DNA from: an uncultured Treponemataceae bacterium
GTDB lineage: Bacteria; Spirochaetota; Spirochaetia; Treponematales; Rectinemataceae
Assembly: GCA_964644505.1 (NCBI GenBank)
Contig: CAZXXZ010000009.1
Span: forward strand, 4,366-68,365
Direction of reading: 5' to 3'
DNA length: 64,000 nt
Made by a program: the position numbers and the translations under genes. This document shows positions 44,356-54,563 of the stretch, piece after piece (within the stretch, counting starts at the first letter, position 1; each line of letters begins with the position of its first letter). Below the pieces are notes generated by a model. That model had not been told where the DNA came from. It saw only the letters and a program-made list of their open reading frames with translations, and made no database searches.

Positions 44356-47300
44356 TCAACTCGTACGTGACTCAAGATATGACTGTGCGAATTCGATAGC
44401 TCTCTGGGCCTCTCGCAGGGCTGCATCGCGTTCATCCGCCGTAATATACCGGCCTTCCCGAAGGCCTATTTCCCAGGCTTGTAAAAGGCCAAGGGCTCTC
44501 TGAGCGCGCGCCGATCCGTAAATGTTGACCAGAGAATGTAAAAGCCGGGTAATATCATCCGGTTCCGCATCGGCGAGACAACTACGCAGTTCATCCAGCC
44601 TTTTGCTCCCGTCAGACACAAAGGCGGACAGGAGTGTTCGCAGAAATTCACGATTCCCTTTATACGCCTCGAGGAGACTTTCGATATCAAGGACAGCATC
44701 GACTTGATGAGCGAGCGTAACACTGCTTTTCGAATCGGTTGCGGTAGTGCCGGAGTCGAATCTGTACAGTGTTATTTCAGGCCGAGAGCCGATTCTCCGC
44801 AGAGCATCGATAACTGTCTCCGAGCCTATAGCTTTTGTTATGTAATCGTCAAAGTCAGACATAAGGAGAGACTCTTTATCACCCTGCGCCGCATAACCCG
44901 TCAATGCAATAATATACGGAGGCTTTTTCTTCAGTTTTTCACAGCCCTCCCGTATGAGACGAGCGGCCCGGCGTCCGTCCAGTTTCGGAAGATCGATATC
45001 CATAAACACCGCATCGAACTCGGAAGCCAAGGCGGCGTCCACGGCGGCACTTCCATCCACGGCCTCGATAACAGAAGAGCCGGCCAGTTCGAGGATGCGC
45101 CGCGTGTGATTTCGGCTGATCTGCTCGTCGTCTACGAGCAGAATACGAAGAGATACGGGTTTGAAGTTTTCCGAAGAAGGCTTTGGAGTAAAAGAAGACT
45201 TCTTGAGGCTGAGGCTCATGCTGAATCGACTACCCTCGCCAAGTTTACTCTGGACCTCGATGTCCGAACCCATGAGCCGTGCGAGGCTCCGGGCGAGCGG
45301 GAGACCGAGCCCCAGGCCCTGTTCCGCCGAAGCCCGAGCGCCTCCGACCCGATAATAGGGATCGAATATCCTTGCAAGATCGTCGGAAGCTATTCCGGGT
45401 CCGGTATCTTCCACATCGAAACGGATCAGAGCCTCCCCCTCCCTCATGGCATTGAGTCGAGCAGACAGCTTTACCGATCCCCGCTCGGTGTACTTGATCG
45501 CATTGCTTACGAGATTTCCGAGAATCTGGAAGAGCCGCGCCCGGTCACCGACAAGCTCCGCAGGGAGTCGTTCGTCGTATTCGGATTCGAGGGCAATGCC
45601 TTTCTTGCGCGCCGAAGATCCAAAGACACCGAGCACCGAATCGAAAAGCCCCCGCAGCACGAATACTTCGGATCTGAGCTCAAGCCTGCCGTCATCGAGG
45701 GCGGAACGATCAAGCAGCTCTCCGAGGAAGGAGTTCAACCTCATACCGGTTTCTTTGATAAGTTTCGCGTCTGAAGCTCCTTGTGCCGGGGCCGCCCGTC
45801 TCTCCCCGAGATCGAGCTCGAGTCGTTCGGCGACTCCGACAATACCGGTCAGAGGTCCGCGAATATCGTGGCTCACCGCGGACAAAAGGTCGCGTTTCGC
45901 CCGACTCGCACGCTCCGCCGTATCGAGCGCCGTCAATGTCTCCCGATACCGCCTGTCGAGCAAATTTCCGGCCTCCTGGAAGGCGCGTGAAAGTATAATA
46001 ACTTCCTCGATGCCCTCGTTCGGCCATTGAATCTCGATATTCGTGTCGGCGACGAGCGGCGCCGCTTCCCGGTCGATGAATTGTTCGATGAACCTGCGCG
46101 TCGCCGAACCCAATTGCTCGAGGGAGGAGACGAGAGTTTTGCTGGCATAGGCCGAAACGAGTATGACGATCGCAGCTACGAAAAAGGAAAAAAGCGCGAG
46201 GGCCAGGGCGAAGCTGATGACCGGCTCGGCAAGGGGCGGCATATCGACAACAAAGAGAGCCTTCCACCCCGGAGAGAAACCCGCATCAATAGTCTGGGAG
46301 AATGAAGCACTCGAAACGCCGCGGGATGCGCCCATAAGAAGCGGACGTTCGCCGCGCTTTACCTCGATCGAAGAGCGAAAACTGGCGCTATACTCGACAT
46401 AAGTTCCGGACTGCGGCATCGATGCGGAACTCGATACCGCTATATCTCCCTCGGGATCGAAGATCCACCCGCGGCTCTTGACGGGCACCACGACACTGTC
46501 GAGCATCTCCGCCAAGGTCGCAGTGGTAAAAACCATAAAGACATACGTGGAGCCTGTATCGCTTGTATCCGGGACGACAAGAAGAATACAGGGACGACCC
46601 TCGGCGTCCTTCTCGAGCGAACAAGACCGATCATGAACCGATTGCGCGTTTTTGAAGGCGAGGCTTCCGGACAGGTCCGATCCGGGATTGTCATGGGATC
46701 GCGTCGATGCTTTGAAGGCCGAAGAGAGTATCCGTCCTCGGTCGTCGAGCAAGCCGATGGAGAGAATATCCGAAGCGGTCGCCAGCATAGAGTCGAGCAT
46801 TGCCTGGAGTTCCGCTCCTCGCCTCCCTAGAGCAAACTCGCGTGAAATCGAATCGATCCTCGCCATCTTCCCTTCTTCCCAGAATGGGACGATGCCCGAA
46901 TAGATATCGGACACACTCACGAGTCTGGTTCCGACTTCGCGTTCCAAGCCCTTGATCCTCGAAATGCTTGTCGTCACGATGAAAAGAAGAAAAGGAACTA
47001 TGGCCAATACCGCCGCGGTTTCAAAAACGAGGCGCCGAAACGGGATATTGCGTTGATGTCCGAGAAGTGCGGTCAATTTTGCATTTGAAGGAAGCCGACG
47101 AGCCAAATCGGAAATAAGCGAAGCTGTTGTCGCCGCGGCTATTCCGAATACGGAGATCATGGCGCCCGACAGAAGAGCTTCCGAGAGGGGGTAGGTTTCG
47201 AAAAGCCGAACAATGACGACAAGCCACAGACCGAAAACCCAGAATATTGTATCGACAAGCGCGGTATTCCGTTCGCCGCGATAATAATAGAAGATCGATA

Positions 47301-47562
47301 CAGCTGTCTCGAGTATCGACACACCGCAATAGCCGAAATCGCCCGACAGTGCAGCTCCGCAGGCCGCTGCAAGAAGCACCGAAGCGCCGACGACCGGACC
47401 TTGATAGATCAAGGCCATGAAGACAAAAAAAGAGCCGAGGTAAACCTTGGTACCGAGAAAAAGCGAAAGAGGGAAAAAAGCGTTCACTACAAAACCGAGT
47501 GTCGCATGAACGAGTGCCAGGCCGATCCGAACAGCGAGCGTCGTATCAATATGAAGTTTCAC
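44356..47562 (-). CDS. Hybrid sensor histidine kinase: multi-TM N-terminus, extracytoplasmic sensor, HisKA, HATPase_c, REC, HPt
   Basis: 1068 aa. H box SHDIRGPLTGI, DTGPGI, REC (ILLVDDEQ...FMDIDLPKLDG), C-terminal HPt-like LHSLVNIYGSARA. Confidence 0.9.
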   Translation of the reverse strand: MKLHIDTTLAVRIGLALVHATLGFVVNAFFPLSLFLGTKVYLGSFFVFMALIYQGPVVGASVLLAAACGAALSGDFGYCGVSILETAVSIFYYYRGERNTALVDTIFWVFGLWLVVIVRLFETYPLSEALLSGAMISVFGIAAATTASLISDLARRLPSNAKLTALLGHQRNIPFRRLVFETAAVLAIVPFLLFIVTTSISRIKGLEREVGTRLVSVSDIYSGIVPFWEEGKMARIDSISREFALGRRGAELQAMLDSMLATASDILSIGLLDDRGRILSSAFKASTRSHDNPGSDLSGSLAFKNAQSVHDRSCSLEKDAEGRPCILLVVPDTSDTGSTYVFMVFTTATLAEMLDSVVVPVKSRGWIFDPEGDIAVSSSASMPQSGTYVEYSASFRSSIEVKRGERPLLMGASRGVSSASFSQTIDAGFSPGWKALFVVDMPPLAEPVISFALALALFSFFVAAIVILVSAYASKTLVSSLEQLGSATRRFIEQFIDREAAPLVADTNIEIQWPNEGIEEVIILSRAFQEAGNLLDRRYRETLTALDTAERASRAKRDLLSAVSHDIRGPLTGIVGVAERLELDLGERRAAPAQGASDAKLIKETGMRLNSFLGELLDRSALDDGRLELRSEVFVLRGLFDSVLGVFGSSARKKGIALESEYDERLPAELVGDRARLFQILGNLVSNAIKYTERGSVKLSARLNAMREGEALIRFDVEDTGPGIASDDLARIFDPYYRVGGARASAEQGLGLGLPLARSLARLMGSDIEVQSKLGEGSRFSMSLSLKKSSFTPKPSSENFKPVSLRILLVDDEQISRNHTRRILELAGSSVIEAVDGSAAVDAALASEFDAVFMDIDLPKLDGRRAARLIREGCEKLKKKPPYIIALTGYAAQGDKESLLMSDFDDYITKAIGSETVIDALRRIGSRPEITLYRFDSGTTATDSKSSVTLAHQVDAVLDIESLLEAYKGNREFLRTLLSAFVSDGSKRLDELRSCLADAEPDDITRLLHSLVNIYGSARAQRALGLLQAWEIGLREGRYITADERDAALREAQRAIEFAQSYLESRTS

Positions 47563-47926
47563 CCGCTACGAATCCTTTCCGACAGAGACAAAACTCTGCT
47601 TCGAGCCTGATTCCACAGAAGCATACCGTGGCTGAGTGCGTACTCATCATGTAGATTCTAGTCGCTTCACGACATAGACGCAAACCTCAGCACCTCGAGG
47701 TATGCTCGTATCTATCGTGGTTTTCTTATAATATAGGGCTTTCTCTATGCGTATGTTTATTCGAAAATCATACAATCATGTAGCTGCCCACTTGCGTTTT
47801 TTTACATATAATGATACTTTGTTTCGCATATCGATACGAAATCGTTAAGTAAGTAGCGAAAGCGACGTCTGTTCGACATCACCTACTTATTTTTAATGAT
47901 TCAATCCTGTTTCCCTGGAGGGCGCC

Positions 47927-49288
47927 GTGAATAATTATGCAGAAGATTTTATTGCTGAAGTAATTGCGAAGAACCCTGGTGAACCGGAATTTCATCAGGC
48001 GGTGACCGAGGTCGTCCGCTCCCTCGCGCCGGTAATCGAGAAGAGCCCGCAGTACCGCAAGGCGAAGATCCTCGAGCGCATGGTTGTTCCCGAGCGCGCG
48101 ATAATGTTCCGCGTTCCCTGGATCGACGACCGCGGCGAAATTCAGGTGAACCGCGGCTACCGCGTCGAAATGAACAGCGCAATCGGTCCATATAAAGGCG
48201 GCCTCCGCTTCCACTCGACCGTCTATCTCGGCCTTCTCAAATTCCTCGCCTTCGAGCAGGTTCTCAAAAACTCGCTGACCACCCTCCCCATGGGCGGCGG
48301 CAAGGGCGGCTCCGACTTCGACCCCCACGGCAAGAGCGATATGGAAGTCATGCGTTTCTGCCAGAGCTTCATGACCGAGTTGTACCGCCACATCGGACCC
48401 GACACCGACGTACCCGCGGGCGATATCGGCGTCGGCGGCCGCGAAATCGGCTACATGTTCGGCCAGTACAAGCGCATCCGCAACGAGTTCACCGGCGTCT
48501 TGACCGGCAAGGGCATCAAGTGGGGCGGCTCGCTCATCCGTCCCGAGGCCACCGGCTACGGCTGCGTGTATTTCGCCCAGGAGATGCTCGCGACCAAGGG
48601 CCAGGACCTCAAGGGCAAGACCTGCCTCGTCTCGGGCTCGGGCAATGTCGCCCAGTATACGATCCAGAAGCTCATGCAGCTCGGGGCCAAGGTCGTCACG
48701 ATCTCCGACTCGGACGGCTGCATCTACGACGAGGAGGGCTTCAACGAGGAGAAGCTCGCCTTCCTCCTCGAACTCAAAAACGTCCGGCGCGGCCGCGTAT
48801 CCGAATTCGCGCAGAGGTTCAAGAGCGCCGTGTACACGAAGCGCGACAAGAGCCTCGGCTATGATCCTCTGTGGAACTACAAGGCCGACTGCGCCTTCCC
48901 CAGCGCCACGCAGAACGAGATCAACGGCAAGGACGCCGAGCATCTTCTCAAGAACGGCTGCAAGCTCGTCGCCGAGGGCTCGAACATGTCCACCACGATC
49001 GAAGGCGTCGACGCCTTCATCGACGCAGGCATTCTCTACGCGCCCGGCAAGGCGGCGAACGCCGGCGGCGTCGCGACCTCGGGACTCGAGATGACCCAGA
49101 ACAGCATGCGCCTCTCCTGGACCCGCGAGGAAGTCGACAAGCAGCTGCACAGCATCATGAAGAACATCCACTCGGCCTGCGTGAAGGCGGCCGAGGCCTA
49201 CGGCAAGCCGGGCAACTATGTGGTCGGCGCGAACGTTGCGGGCTTCCTCAAGGTCGCCGACGCGATGATGGATCAGGGAATCGTTTGA
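47927..49288 (+). CDS. gdhA: NADP-specific glutamate dehydrogenase
   Basis: 453 aa. GdhA-like throughout (LPMGGGKGGSDFDP, GSGNVAQY). Confidence 0.96.
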   Translation: MNNYAEDFIAEVIAKNPGEPEFHQAVTEVVRSLAPVIEKSPQYRKAKILERMVVPERAIMFRVPWIDDRGEIQVNRGYRVEMNSAIGPYKGGLRFHSTVYLGLLKFLAFEQVLKNSLTTLPMGGGKGGSDFDPHGKSDMEVMRFCQSFMTELYRHIGPDTDVPAGDIGVGGREIGYMFGQYKRIRNEFTGVLTGKGIKWGGSLIRPEATGYGCVYFAQEMLATKGQDLKGKTCLVSGSGNVAQYTIQKLMQLGAKVVTISDSDGCIYDEEGFNEEKLAFLLELKNVRRGRVSEFAQRFKSAVYTKRDKSLGYDPLWNYKADCAFPSATQNEINGKDAEHLLKNGCKLVAEGSNMSTTIEGVDAFIDAGILYAPGKAANAGGVATSGLEMTQNSMRLSWTREEVDKQLHSIMKNIHSACVKAAEAYGKPGNYVVGANVAGFLKVADAMMDQGIV

Positions 49289-49368
49289 GCGATCTTTCTC
49301 CCGAAGGGCGGCCACCTGCAAAGGCGGCCCCCTCCTTCGAAGCCGCCCCTTTCACCGGGGGCGGCTTC

Positions 49369-51060
49369 ATGCTTACCGGCGGCGGAGGCTTGGGCGGCAA
49401 GGGCGACGGCCTCGCCCTGATCGGCGTACTTCTCGCGGACGGCCTAGTCAAGGCGGTTCCCGGCCTCGCGATCTCCATGCCGCGCACGCTCGTCGTCTGC
49501 GTGGACGCCTTCCGCCGCTTTCTAGACACGCCGCCGCCCGGCTACGCGGGACCGACGCCCCGCGAGGTCGCGGCATCGGCAGCGAGCTACAATGAGCTGC
49601 GCGAGCGCTTCCTCCTGAGCCCCCTGCCTGACCCCGTCATGGACGCGCTGCGCGGCTTTTTGCCCACGCGCGGCCGCCCGGTCATTGCGCGCTCGTCGAG
49701 CCTGTACGAGGACTCCTCGGGCGAGCCCTTCTCGGGAATTTACGAGTCCTACGCCATACCCAACGACCACCCCGACGACGAGGTGAGGTTCGCCCAGTTG
49801 GTCGACGCCGTCAGGCTCGTCTACGCGAGCATGTACTCGCCGGACGCGCGCGCCTACCGCAACGCCGCCTCGTGCAGCGAGGAGGACGAGGCCATGGCCG
49901 TCGCCGTTCAGGAACTCGTCGGCTCGCGCCGGGGCAGATGGTTCTATCCGATTCTCTCGGGCACGGCGCAATCGTACAACTTCTATCCGATTTCCTACGC
50001 CGCTCCCGAAGACGGGCTCTGCGTCGTCGCCCTGGGCCTCGGCGCTTACGTCGTTGGAGGGGGCGCGGCTCACCGCTTCTGCCCGCGCTATCCGGCGCTC
50101 AACGCGGTCCCGCCCGAGTTGGCGGGAGAGGGATCGCAGCGGCGGTTCTGCGCCATCGACATGGAGAGGCCCGAGCCGGCCCTCCTGTACGGCGAGTCGG
50201 CGGCCCTCGAGGAGATCGACCTATCCGAGGCCGAGGGCACGGGAGTCCTCGACCTCGTCGCCTCGACCTGGGACCGGGACGACGCCCGCCTCGTACCGGG
50301 CACGGCGCGCGAGGGAACGCGCATCCTGGATTTCGCGCCCCTCCTGAAATACGACGCCCTCCCCTTCGCTGCGGCGATTTCCGAATCGCTCCGGGCCTTC
50401 CAGGAAGCGACCGAGGGCCCGGTCGAGCTCGAGTACGCCCTCGACCTCGATCCGGACTCGGGCGAGGAGACGCTCTACCTCCTCCAGGTGAAGCGCCTGG
50501 TGCGCACGGGCTCGGGGGGAGTCGACCTCGAGGTCCTCGAGAGCGAGGGCTGTCTCGTTGTTTCCGACCGCTCGATGGGCGACGGTATCATCTCGGGAGT
50601 GGAGTATGTCCTTTGGATCGATCCCGAACGTTTCGACCGTTCGCGGAGCCGGGAGGTAGCCGAACAAGTCGCTGCCCTCGACCGGGAACTCGGTTCCGAG
50701 CGAAAACCGTACATTCTCATAGGGCCGGGCAGGTGGGGCACGCGCGACCCCTGGCTCGGCGTGCCCGTGGTCTATCCCCAGATCGCGCACGCGAAAGCCA
50801 TCGTCGAGACCGAAATGCCGGGCATTTCGATCGATTTTTCCTTCGGAAGTCACTTTCTACGCAATGTAGCCGAACGGGGAGTCGGCTATCTGGCCGTTCC
50901 CGAACGAAGTGAAAGTCGTGTAGACTGGGGCTGGCTCAGGTCACAGCCGGCCACGCGGACATACGGGGTCTGCACGCTCACACGCTTTCCCGAGGCTTTC
51001 GAGGTGCTGATGGACGGACGCCGCGGCCGTGCTCTGATCAGGAAGGAAACGAGATCGTGA
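49369..51060 (+). CDS. PEP/pyruvate-binding (PPDK N-terminal ATP-grasp) domain protein
   Basis: GGLGGKGDGLAL near the N-terminus, PPDK_N-like region. The track ORF from 48871 overlaps gdhA and was trimmed to the ATG at 49369. The exact start is uncertain. Confidence 0.7.
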   Translation: MLTGGGGLGGKGDGLALIGVLLADGLVKAVPGLAISMPRTLVVCVDAFRRFLDTPPPGYAGPTPREVAASAASYNELRERFLLSPLPDPVMDALRGFLPTRGRPVIARSSSLYEDSSGEPFSGIYESYAIPNDHPDDEVRFAQLVDAVRLVYASMYSPDARAYRNAASCSEEDEAMAVAVQELVGSRRGRWFYPILSGTAQSYNFYPISYAAPEDGLCVVALGLGAYVVGGGAAHRFCPRYPALNAVPPELAGEGSQRRFCAIDMERPEPALLYGESAALEEIDLSEAEGTGVLDLVASTWDRDDARLVPGTAREGTRILDFAPLLKYDALPFAAAISESLRAFQEATEGPVELEYALDLDPDSGEETLYLLQVKRLVRTGSGGVDLEVLESEGCLVVSDRSMGDGIISGVEYVLWIDPERFDRSRSREVAEQVAALDRELGSERKPYILIGPGRWGTRDPWLGVPVVYPQIAHAKAIVETEMPGISIDFSFGSHFLRNVAERGVGYLAVPERSESRVDWGWLRSQPATRTYGVCTLTRFPEAFEVLMDGRRGRALIRKETRS

Positions 51061-51776
51061 GTACAGGAGTATCGAAGATGGGCATTTTCAGGCGAAGACT
51101 CCCCGCGGCCGCCCTCGCGTTCGAACGGACGGACGAACACGCGCTCGAGCGGCGCGAGGCGTTTCGCGCCCGCAAGGCCTCGGGCCCCATAGACCTCCTC
51201 TTCATCGGAGATTCGATCACCAGACGCTGGGTCGAGGCTCCCGAACTTTGGGAGAAATACTTCGGACGCTACAATCCGGCGAATTTCGGCGTGGGCGGCG
51301 AAGCGACCCAGAACCTGATATGGAGACTCGAAAACGGCGAACTCGATGGCATCTCGCCCCGCGTCGTGGTCCTCCTCATCGGCACCAACAACGCGCCCGA
51401 GGGCGGCAAGGCCCGCGACATCGCGATCGCCGTCGAACGTATCGTGCAGATCATCAGGGAGAAGCTGCCCCGCACGCGAATACTCGTCCAGGGCATCTAC
51501 CCCCGCGGCCCACGGCGCGGCGAAGAAGGCTACAATCGCGAGGCGGCGCGCATAACGCGTGTCATCAAGGCCGCGAACCGCAGGATCAAAAAACTCGCCG
51601 ACGGCGACATCATCCGGTATGCGTACTTCGGAGACCTTTTTCTCGACGGGAAGGGGCGGGTCCGCGCAGACATCCTGCCCGACCGGCTCCACCTCAACGC
51701 ATCGGGCTACGCGGTCCTTGCGCCCGTCCTGGGGCCGATCGTCGACGAGATGATGGCAGCCCCGCCGATCGCATAA
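51057..51776 (+). CDS. SGNH/GDSL-family hydrolase (acetylhydrolase/esterase-like)
   Basis: LLFIGDSITRRW (block I), GVGGE (block II), LIGTNN (block III), DRLHLN (block V). GTGA overlap with the upstream gene. Confidence 0.8.
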   Translation: MSTGVSKMGIFRRRLPAAALAFERTDEHALERREAFRARKASGPIDLLFIGDSITRRWVEAPELWEKYFGRYNPANFGVGGEATQNLIWRLENGELDGISPRVVVLLIGTNNAPEGGKARDIAIAVERIVQIIREKLPRTRILVQGIYPRGPRRGEEGYNREAARITRVIKAANRRIKKLADGDIIRYAYFGDLFLDGKGRVRADILPDRLHLNASGYAVLAPVLGPIVDEMMAAPPIA

Positions 51777-51820
51777 CGTGTCGGCCGCCAGGGGCATCGA
51801 TCCTTTTTTTCTCCGAAGCC

Positions 51821-52903
51821 TCAACCGACTCGGTCAAAACGCAGGACGCTCGCTTTTTTTCCTGAAACGAGGACCGGGAATTCCTCCCGAAGGACAAACG
51901 CGCCCCCGGCGGCGGCCTTGATCTTCGGTCCCAGTGAGCGCGCGAGGAGGAGAACGAGGCGCCCTCCGACGCCGAGGAGAAACGAGGCTCTATGAATAAA
52001 AGAGCGAAGAAGAGCCTCGGCCTCGGCGGATTCGGGGCCGGCCTCGTACTCGCCCCAGGGCGGATCGGTAGCGATCGCGTCGATAAAGCCCCCGGAGAAT
52101 GCGTCGAGAGCGAGGGCGTCTCTCACTTTTGGGAAGAAGGTTTTGCGTCTCCTCTCGAAAGCCCGGTCGCGCAGGGACTCCTTCACCGCAGCGATTTTCT
52201 CCGGATCGATATCCTGGGCGAACACGAAACGGTAGGGCGCGGCTAAAGCCCTCTCGATCGCGATGCCGCCGTAGCCGCAGAACGGGTCGAGGAAGACATC
52301 CTCGGAACGCGGCTCCGTAAACTCGACAAGAAGGCGACAGGTCGTCCGCGGAAGCTCCCCGCGCCGAAGATCCGGTTCGCGCCCTCTTCGGCCGGGCGGG
52401 AAGACGCGCTCGAGGAAGAGGACCGAGCCCTCTGCGCGCGCCTGGAGGCGGAACTCCCGCGCCCCTACCGAACCGCGTGTGTCGACGCGTCCGCCGCATG
52501 AGCGGGCTATCGCGTCCTGCAAAAGAGCGCGCGGGGAGTCGGGCAGGGATGCGGGATCATCGGGGCCGAAGGCGCGCAGGATGAACACACTGTTCCGAGC
52601 GGCCCTGGAACGGCCGATAAAAGACAAGACTCCGCGGTCGTGGGCGAAGTTCACGGCTGCCTCGGCGAGCCGTGAAGACAGATCCACGGAAGAACCCTCG
52701 CCCTTATGGGGCCGGTGCTCGCCCAGAATACGAAAGAGCGAGCGGCAGTAGGCGAGCACAGTACTGGGTTCGGCTTCGCATTCGAATCGAAGGGCGTTGT
52801 CCTCGAGCGAGAGGATGCGGGCGCCGGGTGCGTCGCGTTCTATGAGCCGGCGCACGAGTCCGCCGAAACCCGGGACAAAGCTCGCGAAATACGCTTCCTT
52901 CAC
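51821..52903 (-). CDS. THUMP-like / class I SAM-dependent RNA (or N6-adenine-type) methyltransferase (COG0116-like)
   Basis: 360 aa. LDPFCGYGGIAIE (SAM motif I) and TDPPWG (motif IV). Confidence 0.8.
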   Translation of the reverse strand: MKEAYFASFVPGFGGLVRRLIERDAPGARILSLEDNALRFECEAEPSTVLAYCRSLFRILGEHRPHKGEGSSVDLSSRLAEAAVNFAHDRGVLSFIGRSRAARNSVFILRAFGPDDPASLPDSPRALLQDAIARSCGGRVDTRGSVGAREFRLQARAEGSVLFLERVFPPGRRGREPDLRRGELPRTTCRLLVEFTEPRSEDVFLDPFCGYGGIAIERALAAPYRFVFAQDIDPEKIAAVKESLRDRAFERRRKTFFPKVRDALALDAFSGGFIDAIATDPPWGEYEAGPESAEAEALLRSFIHRASFLLGVGGRLVLLLARSLGPKIKAAAGGAFVLREEFPVLVSGKKASVLRFDRVG

Positions 52904-52959
52904 CGCTCTTCCCCTTTCCTATGCATCGACAGCCCGCATTTCATGGTCCATCGCCGGCC

Positions 52960-53877
52960 TCAGGACAGAAAAAGTATCAAGGCCGAAAGCGTCAGGGGAC
53001 TCAAGGCGGTGGAGACTAGCACAATGTGTGCGGCGTAATCGGGCTCGTTCTGCATCTCGCGGGCTATGATCGCGGTATTGACCGCCGCGGGCGTCGCGAC
53101 GCCCAGTACCAATGACTGTGCGAGAACGCCCTGAAACCCGAAAAGTGTAACAAAAAACATACCCAAAAGAGGCGCTACCACGAGCTTCAGGACGCTTGAA
53201 GCGAGGGCGTCGCGCAGTCCGAATTTGGAGCCGATTCCGGCGAGGGAGGCTCCGAGCGTGAAGAGGGCGAATCCGATGAATCCGTCGGCAAGATATCGAA
53301 AAGGAATGAGCACCTGATCAGGCAGAACTACGCCAAAGGCCTTGATGCCGAAGACAAGACCCATGACCCACAATGTCGGCAGCGTCAGCGTTCGTTTGAT
53401 CGCCTGTCGCACCCCGGCGCCGCCCCGTCCCGCCTGGAAAACCCCAAGCGAGTTGCCGACGATGTTTTGTAATAAAACTATCATGAGCTGCCCGGTAACC
53501 GCGATCGGATCCCCTCGGAATGCGAGGTCGATCAGGGGAAGCCCGTAATTGCCGCTGTTGAAGAACATGAGCGAGTTGCAGAATGCGAATCTCCGCGGCC
53601 GCGTAAGCTTTAAGAGGAGCGAGGCGCCCAGGCCGAGCACATAGAGCAGCGCCATGACCGATAGGGCGTATAGGAAAACACGGGACAGCTCGGTCCACTC
53701 GAACTCGGCCTCGTAGACCCGGACGAAGACGAGGCTCGGGATGAGGGCGTACATCGAAAAGCGCGTCAGCGTGCGCAGATCGAGCGAAAGAGCCTTTTGC
53801 AGCCCGAAGCCCAGGCCGACTATCGCAGCCATCGGAAGCAGTATGGAGACGAGGATGAAGCCGAGACCGGTGCTCAT
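52960..53877 (-). CDS. AEC-family (auxin efflux carrier) transporter
   Basis: About 10 TM segments, AEC-like sequence. Start taken at the internal ATG 53877 (MSTGLGFILVS); the track start is 53919. Confidence 0.85.
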   Translation of the reverse strand: MSTGLGFILVSILLPMAAIVGLGFGLQKALSLDLRTLTRFSMYALIPSLVFVRVYEAEFEWTELSRVFLYALSVMALLYVLGLGASLLLKLTRPRRFAFCNSLMFFNSGNYGLPLIDLAFRGDPIAVTGQLMIVLLQNIVGNSLGVFQAGRGGAGVRQAIKRTLTLPTLWVMGLVFGIKAFGVVLPDQVLIPFRYLADGFIGFALFTLGASLAGIGSKFGLRDALASSVLKLVVAPLLGMFFVTLFGFQGVLAQSLVLGVATPAAVNTAIIAREMQNEPDYAAHIVLVSTALSPLTLSALILFLS

Positions 53878-53928
53878 GCGGCCATTGTAGCCTCCGGCCC
53901 GCGGCCCTGTCGACAACAAAAGAGGCTC

Positions 53929-53957
53929 TTGACGAACGAAGCGAGTTGTCTTAAACT
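53929..53957 (+). promoter_or_regulatory. Candidate sigma70-type promoter (TTGACG-17 nt-TAAACT) for the XRE-cupin/LeuCD-like operon
   Basis: Hexamers at 53929-53934 and 53952-53957, about 20 nt upstream of the ATG at 53977. Confidence 0.4.
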
Positions 53958-53976
53958 ATACTACAGGAACTTTAGT

Positions 53977-54552
53977 ATGGCGAAAGACAACGCTGCCGTC
54001 TCGATCGGCGACAAGATCCGCGAGGTGCGCGAAAAACGAGGGGTGACGCTCAGAGCCCTCGCCGAGGAGGCCGGCGTGTCCGAGAGCTTGGTTTCGCAGA
54101 TCGAGCGGGGCAGGGTCGCGCCCTCGCTCGACACGCTCATGGCCATCGTCGGGGCCCTGGACATCGATCTCGAATGGCTTTTCCGCGATTTCAAGCGCCA
54201 GAAGGCCGCGACGATCACGAAGAAATCGGAGCGCCGCATCACGCGCACAAACGGCATCGAATACGAGCAGGTCTCGGTTCTTCGGGGCGGCCCCTCCGAG
54301 CACGCCGTCGAGGTTCGCTGGATCACCATGGACAGCGGAGCGAAGACGGGCGACACCGAATACGGCCATGTCGGCAGCGAGACCGGAGTCATTCTCAAGG
54401 GCCGGGCCAGGCTCAACTATGGAAACAGGACCTATGAGCTCGAGGAGGGGGACGCGGCGACCTTCTCATCGGACATCCCCCATACGCTGTCGAACGCGGG
54501 CAAGGGAAAACTCGTCGCGCTGTGGATCACGACGCCGCCCAGGCGCCAGTGA
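53977..54552 (+). CDS. XRE-family HTH transcriptional regulator with a C-terminal cupin domain
   Basis: IGDKIREVREKRGVTLRALAEEAGVSESLVSQIERG HTH motif, then a cupin region (GHVGSETGVILKG...GDAATFSSDIPHT). The track ORF start at 53797 was discarded. Confidence 0.88.
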   Translation: MAKDNAAVSIGDKIREVREKRGVTLRALAEEAGVSESLVSQIERGRVAPSLDTLMAIVGALDIDLEWLFRDFKRQKAATITKKSERRITRTNGIEYEQVSVLRGGPSEHAVEVRWITMDSGAKTGDTEYGHVGSETGVILKGRARLNYGNRTYELEEGDAATFSSDIPHTLSNAGKGKLVALWITTPPRRQ

Positions 54553-54563
54553 GGAGGTAAACC

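Noticed and set aside
47879-49321. 480-aa minus-strand ORF
   Set aside because: It is antisense to the unambiguous gdhA gene and is a shadow frame.
48871-49368. N-terminal 166 codons of the 729-aa track ORF
   Set aside because: This part overlaps gdhA in another frame and is Arg/Gly-rich nonsense. The recognisable PEP-binding domain starts right after the ATG at 49369.
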